In this document: positions 52,501 to 60,768 of the stretch, one piece after another
Layout of the letters: the number at the start of each line of letters is the position of its first letter
Numbering within the stretch: position 1 is the first letter of the stretch
DNA from: Podarcis erhardii
Lineage: Eukaryota
Direction: 5' to 3' (one strand)
NCBI GenBank assembly: GCA_964252035.1
Contig: OZ176200.1
Length of the DNA: 64,000 nt
Notes under the pieces: model-generated
Database searches by the model: none
What the model saw: the letters and a program-made list of their open reading frames with translations, nothing else
Told to the model about the DNA's origin: nothing
Position numbers and translations under genes: made by a program

Positions 52501-53311
52501 GGGAACCTTAAAGGATACGAGAGACCCTTTTCTGTCTCTTGCATATTCTAAATCTGTTCTGGGGTTCCCCAACAGATTTGGCAGGGGAGTGCAAGGTATG
52601 TGAGGAGTCGGAGTCCCGTTGTGCAAACAGAAATCCTTGCACTGACAGGACTTGTTAGCTGAATTACCGCCCCTATGCATTCCCTCTCATGCCTGCTTCG
52701 GGCAAACACTGAGCATTTAACAAACTGGTTGTTTTTTCTCCCCTTGATTATACTTTGCTCCTGGCAAACATGAAGACTGAAACACAGGATGGCCACTCTA
52801 TTGTTTGGGCCGCTTTGGCATGCAAGTGGCATAACCCAATTGTTTTTAGCTTTCGGATGAGAACAATTATAGCTATATGAGCTGTGTTTCTTTATGGATG
52901 TTGCTAATTTCAAAGAGGCACAAATGTTTCTTTGTTTAAGACTTTCTTAGGGAAGCTGACTAAGACAAGGCTCTTCTTCGAGTCGTAAGAGATCTTGTTT
53001 ATTTGGAAAAAATGATCATCTTAGTGCTAGTTGCATCTAAACACTGGCCGACGTATTTCTATTAATATTCTCATGATTTATCTTCAAGTTGTATTCCCAG
53101 AGGCCGAGTTTGCTGAAAATGACATTAAAGATGACGAACTTTGACTTACAAGTGTTGTTTCTCCCTAGAGAAGGGGTAGGAGAGGCGTTTCACTGTCTGA
53201 TGTTTGTGTTCTGCCACTTTAGGTTGGATGGGTTCTGTTATTTTTTGAATTACGGAATTGATTTTTTTCAATAGGCCATGAGGTTGATGAATTTGATATA
53301 CCTGAGGACCA

Positions 53312-53350
<39 letters not shown>

Positions 53351-55492
53351 CATTATTTATTTCAAGTCATTGACAAAGGATACCAAGGCATCAAGAATAG
53401 AACATTCTTCAAAAGAAAATCAAAATCTGTACAGTACAAGGAGCAATGAAAATTGGAAATAGGTGATAAGTACACCCTTTGCATGCTCTCTGCCAGTGGG
53501 AGAGTCTAGTTAGTGAAGTTCTGCTCTGGGGAACTCTGAATTGAACCCTGTTAATGTTTAAAATAATAATAATATACAATAAATGATCCCCAATAAAGGA
53601 TTAAGTAAATTAGAACAATTTATACAGATTGCAGAATTTTCTTTATCTCCCACCACCCCTTTTCAGCAACGAGTATACATAGCTTTAGTTACGGTATAAT
53701 AGTACTTCCTGCTTTGGATCATGATGCTCCCATCTATTTTGGGAAAAGAACAATCCTACTTCTATGCAGTTGGACAAGATCTGATCCCTTTCAACCCTAC
53801 ACCTCCATAATTTAACATTCTCCAGTATAATGGCAGGCTATTGTAAAATTTAGAAACATAATTAAAACAAGTAGCATGATAAATGGGAATGGATCAGCTC
53901 CTAATCTAAAACTGAAATCCCAAAGTTTAATTTTAGTTTTACTTGCAATAAATTACTATGTACTCTCAGGCTGTCTCCTGTTCCATTAGAGACATTTCCC
54001 TGCAGAGTCTGCTTTCTGCACTTAGCATGTCATTAAATATTGATCCATTTCTCAGTTTTGCACCCTGAACAGGTACAGATACTTCCCTCAGAAGCTTCAC
54101 ATTCATCACATCCTCCTGTCATCTGGTGACAATGTGCTGTCACTTTTATAATGACAATTCAAAGATTCATTGGGAAGGCAGGACTAGGTCCAACCAATCC
54201 TTTCATGCTCGCCAAATGTTGGGCACAGACATGGGACTCTTCACATGCATAAATCTATATACGGAACCACAACCTTGTTGTGTTGTTGCTGGTGGTGATA
54301 GGCAGCGCTGGAGTGAAGGACACAAAACCCACCTTATTCATATTTGCACTTTCACATCAGAGTGGGGGGAAATCATACACAGAGAAAGGAACTCTTTCCC
54401 TGGGTCTTTTCTATCACCCAAGCGTTGCAGCTGCAATGTCCCACAGCATAGGGAGCAAGGGTGGCCTTGTCATAGACAAGAAGACATGGGATTCAATTAC
54501 ACTGCTGCATCAAGACCTCTAGCACTGATGGAGAAGAAATGTCATTCAACTTGTGACTTGTTACAAGGCTTCCCCTCAGAGGATATTTAGAACTTCACTC
54601 CTGTTGGGATCCATGCAGTTGTGTCTAACAGAGAACAATTTCTCTATAAGTTGCCCTACATGAGGAGAAGCAATGGCATCTAAAAGGTTACACAACCATT
54701 TTAGGTTTGCATAGCAGATGTGCGCTGTTCATGTTAGGGTTGCCACCTAACCCTATTTTGGTTTACCTGATCATGCAGACTGTTTCTTTTCTTGGGAGAA
54801 GGGTATTTTTTTGTTTGTTTCTTTTCTTTTCTTAAACAAAATGCCTCAAGTATGTGCAGAGGGCTGTTCCTTGATGAAGAGAATATTCCCTTGTTGGTCC
54901 TGAGGTTGTTTGGACATGCCATGGAACCTGGCATACTGTACTTGGTTATCAGTCTGCCCGTAAAAGGCTGTGGTGGCCTCATTAGTGTTGTGAGGCAGTC
55001 AAGGAAAACATAATAAGCAGTCTCTTGACTGAGTGTGAGAGGTCAGCTCTAGAATGGGTGGATATTAGCAATAGACTAAGGTGCAGCTGTATTAAATGCA
55101 AACCTAGGCAAGCTGCTTGGGTGCGATTCATGGGAAAATGGATATAAATGTTAATAAGCAAACTGCAAAATGGCAGCAATTTCCCCATGTGCATCTCAAA
55201 CCACACATTTTTATGTCACTGTGCACAGAATATGCATTCATACCCACAACTCACAGCATTACATTATAAATTGTATAGCAAATTATATTAAGTAGAAAGC
55301 TAATTTCTCCACTTCTTGTATTTTTTTTAAAAAAACACTAAACCATAAACAACTGTTTTATGTTTCCTAGTATAAAATAATATTTAAACTAACCTTTTTT
55401 GTGGGCATCTTCAGTTTCATAAATTCTGCTTCCCGGCACAAAACATTCCAAGGTGCATGTATTTTTACAAATCCAAGCCCATGTATTTTTGT
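1674..55492 (-). CDS. ANO1: Anoctamin-1 (TMEM16A), partial multi-exon CDS: exons 3-24 plus 6b, 23 exons, 2213 nt
   Basis: Spliced translation is continuous and matches recalled mammalian ANO1 rather than ANO2 ([49 protein letters not shown]). Ca2+-site motifs QNNLFE, EYMEM and [12 protein letters not shown] are intact. All junctions are GT-AG with compatible phases. 5' and 3' exons are outside the window. Confidence 0.98.
3796..4353. mobile_element. Non-autonomous hAT DNA transposon (558 bp)
   Basis: TIRs CAGGAATCAGCAAA / TTTGCTGACCCCTG; perfect 8-bp TSD AGCTATTG at 3788-3795 and 4354-4361; GC-rich interior. Confidence 0.85.
5513..5565 (-). CDS. ANO1: ANO1 exon 23 (53 nt)
   Basis: ctccag|GA ATA...AAT|gtaagt; (G)[17 protein letters not shown]. 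Confidence 0.96.
6154..6306 (-). CDS. ANO1: ANO1 exon 22 (153 nt)
   Basis: ttttcag|TC ATC...ATA G|gtaag; (I)[50 protein letters not shown]. Confidence 0.97.
6692..7744. mobile_element. Non-autonomous Tc1/mariner-superfamily (Tc2-like) element with a GC-rich palindromic interior
   Basis: TA flanks at 6690-6691 and 7745-7746; about 27-bp TIRs CAGTATTTTCCGCCCTATAAGACGCAC / rc CCGTATTTTTCGCCCTATTGGATGCAC; no transposase ORF. Confidence 0.8.
8806..8951 (-). CDS. ANO1: ANO1 exon 21 (146 nt)
   Basis: tcttag|A AAA...ATG A|gtgag; [48 protein letters not shown]. Confidence 0.97.
9481..9721. mobile_element. Tigger/pogo-type MITE (about 240 bp)
   Basis: Ends (C)AGTGGTACCTTGGGTTA / TAACCCGAGGTACCACTG, TA flanks, internal TAACCTGAAGC subrepeats. 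Confidence 0.8.
9967..10067 (-). CDS. ANO1: ANO1 exon 20 (101 nt, TM6)
   Basis: ctttag|TGT...CC|gtaagt; [33 protein letters not shown](P). Confidence 0.97.
10412..10469 (-). CDS. ANO1: ANO1 exon 19 (58 nt)
   Basis: tcctag|A TTC...GAG|gtaac; [19 protein letters not shown]. Confidence 0.96.
11088..11307. mobile_element. Tigger-type MITE (220 bp)
   Basis: TIRs CAGTCAAACCT / AGGTTTGACTG, TA flanks, CpG-rich interior. Confidence 0.75.
11675..11786 (-). CDS. ANO1: ANO1 exon 18 (112 nt)
   Basis: acacag|AG GTT...CG|gtgag; (E)[36 protein letters not shown](R). Confidence 0.97.
12489..12690 (-). CDS. ANO1: ANO1 exon 17 (202 nt, TM3-TM4)
   Basis: tttccag|ATT...ATT G|gtaggt; [67 protein letters not shown]. 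Confidence 0.97.
13684..13758 (-). CDS. ANO1: ANO1 exon 16 (75 nt, phase 0-0)
   Basis: catag|ACT...ATG|gtaagt; [25 protein letters not shown]. Confidence 0.96.
15324..15746 (-). promoter_or_regulatory. Candidate RBFOX (UGCAUG) splicing elements around cassette exon 15
   Basis: Transcript-sense TGCATG at 15324-15329, 15434-15439 and 15741-15746, plus GCATG at 15339-15343; function inferred. Confidence 0.45.
15632..15709 (-). CDS. ANO1: ANO1 cassette exon 15, segment d (78 nt, phase 0-0)
   Basis: atcag|AAG...TTG|gtacat; [26 protein letters not shown], versus recalled human KRRHIPEESTNKWKQRVKTAMAGVKL. Confidence 0.93.
16630..17045 (+). mobile_element. L2 LINE 3' end, decayed
   Basis: AAGGGGCCTTTTCTGTGGTGGCGCC segment and 3' tail GGAGGGTGGTATAGAAATTTAATAAATAATAA; homologous in inverse orientation to 24940-25100. 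Confidence 0.6.
19185..19256 (-). CDS. ANO1: ANO1 exon 14 (72 nt, phase 0-0)
   Basis: tttgcag|GAT...GAG|gtaagc; [24 protein letters not shown]. Confidence 0.96.
20214..20225 (-). CDS. ANO1: ANO1 micro-exon 13, segment c (12 nt, EAVK)
   Basis: Long U-rich tract, then tttcctgaag|GAG GCA GTC AAG|gtttgg. Located between exons 12 and 14, where mammalian EAVK lies. Confidence 0.9.
23270..23352 (-). CDS. ANO1: ANO1 exon 12 (83 nt)
   Basis: acccag|CT GCT...GAA|gtaagt; (A)[27 protein letters not shown]. Confidence 0.97.
23538..23674. mobile_element. 137-bp hairpin hAT MITE
   Basis: Same family; TSD CCCTACTG / CCTTACTG. More decayed relatives at about 440-548, 2683-2821, 18830-18954, 33300-33420, 57815-57935 and 63790-63860. 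Confidence 0.82.
24400..24535. mobile_element. 136-bp hairpin hAT MITE
   Basis: Almost fully self-complementary; perfect 8-bp TSD GGTTAACT at 24392-24399 and 24536-24543. Confidence 0.88.
24940..25645 (-). mobile_element. L2-clade LINE, 5'-truncated, frameshifted RT C-terminus; boundaries approximate
   Basis: Broken ORFs 25265-25522 ([14 protein letters not shown]) and 25098-25364 ([32 protein letters not shown]) are typical L2 ORF2 motifs. Confidence 0.85.
26638..27003. repeat. Perfect 59-bp direct repeats (26638-26696, 26945-27003) flanking a 248-bp GC-rich insert
   Basis: Both copies read GATGCTTGGTATACTTGCTGAATGGTACATGCATATAAAGTGAGAATTATGGATAATGA. Confidence 0.95.
27876..28216. mobile_element. 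Non-autonomous hAT element (341 bp)
   Basis: TIRs CAGGGCGGTCCAAC / GTTGGACTGCCCTG; degenerate 8-bp TSD TGCAAGAG / TGCTAGAA. Confidence 0.7.
31243..31403 (-). CDS. ANO1: ANO1 exon 11 (161 nt)
   Basis: ccctcag|C ATG...TGG G|gtaag; [53 protein letters not shown]; lies inside track ORF 31190-31537. Confidence 0.97.
33990..34045. mobile_element. Short fragment of a dispersed repeat, possibly a Penelope-type end
   Basis: AGACCAACTAAGTTTGTTCTTGGTATAAGCT, nearly duplicated at about 28418-28452 (TAAGACCAACTAAGTTTGTATTGGTATGAGCTTTCG); family assignment from recall only. Confidence 0.4.
34358..34455. mobile_element. Very short Tigger-type MITE (98 bp)
   Basis: TIRs CAGTGGTGCCCCGCAAGACGA / TCATCTTGCGAGGCACCACTG, TA flanks. 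Confidence 0.75.
34583..34717 (-). CDS. ANO1: ANO1 exon 10 (135 nt, TM1)
   Basis: tttcag|A AAG...AG|gtaac; [44 protein letters not shown](S). Confidence 0.97.
35161..35296. mobile_element. 136-bp hairpin hAT MITE
   Basis: CAGGCATGGCCAAAC...GTTTGGCCATGCCTG; TSD CTTTAAGC / CTTTAAGT. Confidence 0.88.
35993..36225 (+). mobile_element. Old tRNA-derived SINE (MIR-like/L2-partnered type)
   Basis: A-box TGGTGTAGTGG, B-box GAGTTCAAATCCC, core GTTGTTGTGAGGATAAAA. Confidence 0.55.
36303..36674 (-). mobile_element. Sauria-type SINE, near full length
   Basis: tRNA-derived head on the minus strand (GGTGGCACTGTGGTCTAAACCACTGAGC...GGTTCAAATCCCC), characteristic core GGGTCATGTGGCCAGCATGA, (ACCTTT)-type tail at 36303-36317. 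Confidence 0.88.
36835..36899 (-). CDS. ANO1: ANO1 exon 9 (65 nt)
   Basis: tttacag|CTC...AG|gtaag; [21 protein letters not shown](R). Confidence 0.96.
37461..37508. repeat. (TTTC)12 microsatellite
   Basis: Read directly from the sequence. Confidence 0.95.
39288..39364 (-). mobile_element. CR1 LINE extreme 3' end, heavily 5'-truncated
   Basis: (CATAGAAT)n tail, the reverse complement of the CR1 ATTCTATG terminal repeat, followed by GAGTTGGAAGAGACCACAAGGGCCATCGAGTCCAACCCCCTGC. Confidence 0.85.
40782..40823 (-). CDS. ANO1: ANO1 exon 8 (42 nt, phase 0-0)
   Basis: aaaag|GGG...AAA|gtaag; [14 protein letters not shown]. Confidence 0.94.
41095..41755 (-). mobile_element. L2 LINE fragment, decayed
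   Basis: Same L2 motifs as 24940-25645 (GCAGCATTCTGCATTGGCTGAAATTT...GGGCAGCCCCACATAGAG). Confidence 0.65.
42993..43048 (-). CDS. ANO1: ANO1 exon 7 (56 nt)
   Basis: ttccag|GG ATC...GAT|gtaagt; [18 protein letters not shown]. Confidence 0.96.
43551..43616 (-). CDS. ANO1: ANO1 cassette exon 6b, segment b (66 nt, phase 1-1)
   Basis: aacag|GG CAA...TAT G|gtaagt; (G)[21 protein letters not shown](G), versus recalled human [22 protein letters not shown]. Confidence 0.94.
46873..46924 (-). CDS. ANO1: ANO1 exon 6 (52 nt)
   Basis: ttgtag|GTT...ATG G|gtaag; [17 protein letters not shown](G). Confidence 0.96.
47555..47587. repeat. (AAC)n microsatellite with one interruption
   Basis: Read directly; a similar (GTT)n run lies at about 18626-18648. 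Confidence 0.9.
49130..49760 (-). mobile_element. Old CR1 ORF2 fragment; boundaries approximate
   Basis: Decayed resemblance to CR1 ORF2 by recall, no intact ORF. A similar short piece lies at about 16440-16620. Confidence 0.45.
51194..51248 (-). CDS. ANO1: ANO1 exon 5 (55 nt)
   Basis: gacag|A TTT...ATT|gtaag; [18 protein letters not shown]. Confidence 0.96.
51868..52109. mobile_element. Tigger-type MITE, same family as 9481-9721, opposite orientation
   Basis: Ends CAGTGATACTTCTGGTTA / TAACCAAAGGTACCACTG, TA flanks; reverse complement aligns with the first half of the 9481 copy. Confidence 0.75.
53150..53301 (-). CDS. ANO1: ANO1 exon 4 (152 nt)
   Basis: cctcag|GTA...TT|gtaag; [50 protein letters not shown](L). 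Confidence 0.96.
53314..53349. repeat. (CAAT)9 microsatellite next to the exon 4 acceptor
   Basis: Read directly; starts 13 nt upstream of exon 4 in transcript orientation. Confidence 0.95.
55394..55492 (-). CDS. ANO1: ANO1 exon 3 (99 nt, phase 0-0)
   Basis: ttttag|ACA...AAG|gttag; [33 protein letters not shown]. Confidence 0.96.
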
Positions 55493-55946
55493 CTAAAAAC
55501 ATTTGGAGGGAGAGAAAGGGAAAACTTTTTATCAAATAACCTGAAACACAAATCTGCTCATTTTCACACAGGCCTGGAAGGCCTATGAGCTATTTTCCAA
55601 AAGCTAGTTTATTTGATATGTGGATGAAACTAATGACTACATTTCACAGAAAACAACGGAGGGATGCGAGAGAGATAACTCTGATTCACGTAAGACATAA
55701 ACAAGTGAACAATCATTTAAAGGATAAGTCAATATTCCACAAAAATAGTTTGTGAGCATAGCACTGACATTAAACAGCCCAGATTTAAGATTAAATAATA
55801 AAGACATTTTGTAAAGGAAGTGGCATCGGTTCACTTTCCACAGTGGCTAAAGTTTTCTTTACAAGGGCAGAAGGGTTCTAAAACTATAGTGGCCAAGAGA
55901 GGAAACACTTCAGCTATGTGATTTTTGGGAAGCTCTTTTGTATCTT

Positions 55947-56106
55947 GGGGGAAGTTGTAGAGCACCTGGTTGAATGCAGAAGGTCACAGGTTCAATTCCT
56001 GGCATCTCCCAGAGAGCTGCTGTCAGTCAGTGTAGTCAACACAGTGTTGGACAGACTGGTGGACTGAATCAGAATAAGGCTCAGTATAAGGCTCCCAATG
56101 TTCCTA
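55947..56106 (+). mobile_element. tRNA-derived SINE, decayed (Squam3-like)
   Basis: B-box-like GGTTCAATTCCTGGCATCTCC and AGAGCTGCTGTCAGTCAGTGTAG core. Relatives at about 27295-27460 (+), 36240-36302 (+) and 45059-45240 (-). Confidence 0.55.
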
Positions 56107-57739
56107 TCCCCTTTGGACAAGAACCAACACAGGGGTTGGGATGAATCTTTAGAACAGCTGTTGAGCCAAAACTAACCATTATTTCACATTTTCTCTTTTT
56201 AAAGGCTTGTTCTGCACCCAGCACAGTTCCTTCTGTAGCGAGTGTATATGCTGAAAGGCTCAACGACACTGCCAAGTGCTGCCTGCTGCGCAAAGCAGAT
56301 CACATCAGTGCAACTGACATGTTTAAGGTAGCAGTGCTTGATTCAAGGTCTGCTGCTGGCAATCTCTGAATGTAATTAGTCTCAAGAGGAAGGCGCAATG
56401 ATACCTGTTTTTAAACAGCAATATTTGAATCTGCACATATATTACGTTTCCTGGCGTGACCAACGTATTTGTCTCATCAGCAAATAAACAACAGAAGCTT
56501 TCATGCAAGTTAGTCCACATAATTGACAAACGATGTCAAGAACATTGCAGAAAACTTCAAAGGACAGCTCTGTACAAAAAGCAATTCGAAGAATGGGTGT
56601 ATACAGAGTTCCTCCCCCTATTTTTATCAGTTTTCTGTAAGAGGAATTTCAAGCTTTTCTCCAGAAGTCTGAGGTCTACAATGATGCTTTTAAAAATAAA
56701 TAAATCTAAAGTTTAGGATTTATTGAATTTTATTTTAGCATAATTATATATATTTAAGGGGCTAATAAGGTAGCATATACATTTAAACTACTGTGTTCTA
56801 TCCAGTGTTCTGAAGCAAAGAATTATCAATGAACACATTTCCTGCATCACTGTATCTACCAAGAAAAGCATTTTCTACTGAGTTTCTGTTTCTTCCACAC
56901 TTGTTGCAGACACAAGAGTCCCACTAAAAAAGGAAGAAGAAATTCTTGCTATATCTACTAGGTAAAGATTGAAATGGAAAGTGGCAATGCACTAAAAACA
57001 CTGGATTAAAATTCATTACTCATTTACTTCACAGCAGTCCAATTCACTGAATAGCTGATAAACAGAAATGTGTTTTCTCTTTATAGTGCCATCTATTCCT
57101 GCTCTTGTCTATAGGATGATCGCTTTAATGTCTGATTGATTGCCTAGCGTAAATCTGAGTGTTTAAAAGTCTGCTCCTCTGCAATGTTAGTTTTGCTTGC
57201 ATTAAGGAGTTGTTGGATTAGGCAATACTACAGATTTGAATTTTAGTTTTAAAATTGTTTCCAGTCTAGTAAGTAATCTACAACCAGTTTGTGAACACCA
57301 GCTCAGAGGCAAAGAGCATCTCCTCTCAGCCCTTTGTTTCACCGCTGTTGCTGCTGTACTAGTTTGCACAGGCACAAAAGCCTGTTTTCATCCTGCCGTC
57401 CTGTGCACCTGCTTACTAGAAATACATTACTCAAGGGACATAAATAGCTGCCGATCTCCAATATGGCAAAGCTTCAAAAACATGTATTAGCTTACTTCAC
57501 AGAGCAGAATTTAATCAACTTAATATATGCCTTCCTTGAAACAAGCTTTTACTTTTAACCAATATTAAAGTCAGCAGTAAGGCTTCAGGGAACTCTCAAT
57601 GACAGCCAATCAAATGACTGCAAGCCTCCATTTTGCCCTATTTCTAGAACTGATCTCTCTCTCATCTTCAAACACTTGCTTATTGTTGATATTATATGTG
57701 GATGGATAGCGATATGTGCTGCTGCAGCACAATCACCAT

Positions 57740-57820
57740 ATGTGTCTACTCAGAAGTAAGCCCCATTGAGCATAGCAGGACTTACTCTCAAGTAAATGGG
57801 TATAGAATCACAAGCTTAGG
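57740..57820. repeat. Old short palindromic dispersed repeat family
   Basis: TACTCAGAAGTAAGCCCCATTGA...GGACTTACTCTCAAGTA; related copies at about 33870-33930, 46440-46510 and 48480-48560. Confidence 0.5.
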
Positions 57821-59720
57821 CTGCAATCCTGTGGCCCTCCAGATGTTGTTGAACAACAATTTACACCATCTCTGACTACTCCACAAGGCTAGCTGGCGCT
57901 GATGGGAGCTGGAGTCCCATACCTCTGGAGAATATACCCACTTGGCTGGGAGTAAAGTTCCCTCAAAGTCAGTGTGACCTACTTCAGAGTAGACATGCAT
58001 AGAATTCTGCTGCCAGTCAGAATGCATGGAATTCTGCTGCCTTGAAATACTACTATTACTGTAAACATTGTATTTGGTAAAAATGATAAACTAAAGTGAA
58101 GAATACTGTCTGTCCAGGAACATGTTAATGTGCCTCTTTCAGCATAACTGCACGATATCAAGACATGTATCATAGTTATACTCTGGGATTACAGAGAGTA
58201 ATGGTGTATCAAACAAACCTTTAATATCATCTTCAGATTTGTTTGATATAGACTGTATGTATATACAGACTGTATCTATAAAAAATTTTTAGTCTGCCTA
58301 TATCATTATTGGCCTCATTTATTTTCAGTGGAAGGTTCAGCACCTCCTCCCAATTTATTCCTCTTCAAAAGTGGATTCATTATTTATTTTTTGGCTGTTG
58401 GGTTTAGAGCTTCCCTCTTCCATTGCAAGGTGGCCAAGGGGGTTGTTTGAGCTCCGCCACTCACCAACCCAGCACACACCCTGCAGCATTCCTAGCTGCC
58501 CACACTTCCTGGTATGAAAAAGCCCCATGGAGATGTTACTTTATGAAGTCTTCTCCTGGGCTTTGGTTAAACTGTGGGCACTTGGGAAGGCTGCAGAGTA
58601 CAGACCACTGGTGAGATGATTTGTAGAAGCTAAGGGACACTCACAAGCATCCCCCAGCCACTTAAAAGTAAGATAAGTGCTAAAGAAAGACCCCTAAACG
58701 TCATTCATTCCTGAGATTTTATCTCCCCTCTGATCATTTCAAATGCCATTTCTTTCCCCATCAACTTATGGGCACTGGTGGGGGATGGGGAACACAGGAG
58801 AAATTTTGGGCACAGCAAATATGATTAAGACTTGATGGAAACAAATTTTATTAAAACGTGCTGCTAACTTTGTAGGTTGTTTAACACATAATACCAGATT
58901 ACAGATTGCATGCTCTCTCCCTACTCCTTACTCCTCCATGCTCCAGTTCACTTAGTTATTTCTAATTTAGTTCAAGCCATAGTTTGCTGTTGCATCCAAA
59001 CTGGCAAACTATGGCTTGTTCATGGCATCCAAACCAAAACTGGAAATTACATTCAAATCAAGGGCAAACCATAACTTGATGATTTGGATGTACATTAACT
59101 GGAACACTGGGGTTTGTTAACTTGAGTAACATTAAAGGACCTTATACTGTGTAACTGAATTTACCATGGTTGAATGGCATCTCCAACATTTAAATCTGAC
59201 ATATGACTCTTAAAGTCTGATTAATTTAAATACTGAAAATGTCATTCAACCTTCACCAACTTTCTCTGTGTGGGTGTAAATGTCCATCAATCCAGACATA
59301 TTTGACTTCAAACAGTAAAACACACCATTGAATGATAAGTTGTCTGCTTTAGATTCAACTAGCCATTTTTCTACCTTGTGTTCAGTAGACAGTACATCAG
59401 TCACTAATTACAAGTTTATTCATGGCAGTCTAAACCTGTTTCACTCTCCAAAAAAGAATGGTTTGGTATGTCTAAACTAATGTCTAAGCTAACTGCTAAA
59501 TCCATGGAGTTAAATCTAATACTTTTTTTTATAGAACTAGCTTCTGTTTATTGCTTTCTGGAAATGAAAAGCATAATGCTGATATTAACCTATACAATTA
59601 CTTGCCAATATCAAAGAAATTATTGTAAAATGTTAGCAAGAATTGCTTCAATTTTATTGTATTTTAGATATGTAACTTAAAACAAAAAAGTGCAAGACTA
59701 ATAACCAAAAATAGTGCCTT

Positions 59721-60066
59721 AGGGTGCAATCCAAACCTGCCCACTACCCTGACAGTGCTCCACTGCCAGGGTCAAAAGAGGAAGTAAGATTGCTTGCAGG
59801 TGACATAGTAATCAGGCTCAAATTGGACCATATGCTGTTGCTCAATGGCCCTGAGACTGGTTATGGGTCCTTCTGCTGGTGTGCATCCTGCCCATGGCAC
59901 TCCATTTGCCTGGCAGGCAGAAGAGGGAGGTTGGCGTTACCCAAGTGATGCTTCCAGGGTGTTGGCAGCTTAGCTGGGAGAGGTGGATGGAGAGACACCT
60001 CCACTCATTCCATCCCACCTCTCTGCCAGCCTAGTATAAGGGGAGTTAGGTGGGTTGGATTGTCCT
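59721..60066. mobile_element. Decayed MITE-like element
   Basis: Imperfect terminal inverted repeats AGGGTGCAATCCAAACC / GGTTGGATTGTCCT; family not assigned. Confidence 0.45.
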
Positions 60067-60708
60067 GTTCATCGGTACAAAGCAGTACAAGCACATTTGT
60101 AGAAGTCGTCCATAGTGTGGAAGATCAGGAGGACTGAGGACAGGATATCACTAAACTGCCCTAGCTCTTACCACTTGTTCTCAGATAGATTTGAAGAGAA
60201 TGTTGATTGTTTGCTGTTTTCACAATCTGAGGAGGGGTTAGCAACCTCAGGCCCAGGGGCTGAAAGCAGCCTTCCAAGCTTCTCTATCCTGGTTCTTGGA
60301 ACTGTCACTAGGCCACACTCCTTCACTGGCCCTGCTTCAGACTTTCCTCAAGCTCATTTGCCTGGCTAGAATGTGTCCCTGAACAACAACAATGCTTCTT
60401 GCTTGTCTGGACAAAGTTTGGAGAGATGTGTGGGTGTCCTTTTGCATGCAGCTTACTGAACAAAAGGAAGTGTCAAATCCATTGCCCCACCCACTTGTGC
60501 CTCCAGCCCCTCAGAAGGTTGCCTGTGAAGGAATGCAGTTCTCATGTGGAAAATGTTTCCTCTGCCCTGGTTTAGATTCAGGCACTGAAGTTCAAACACA
60601 GCTCCTCGGTCCTGTAAATGCACACACAAATGCATATTCCACTTTCCCCTTCAGCTGATGTGTTGGACTCAATTTATGATAATATTCCTGTACCTTTAAT
60701 ACAGCATG

Positions 60709-60713
<5 letters not shown>

Positions 60714-60765
<52 letters not shown>
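60714..60765. repeat. (GA)26 microsatellite
   Basis: Read directly from the sequence. Confidence 0.97.
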
Positions 60766-60768
<3 letters not shown>

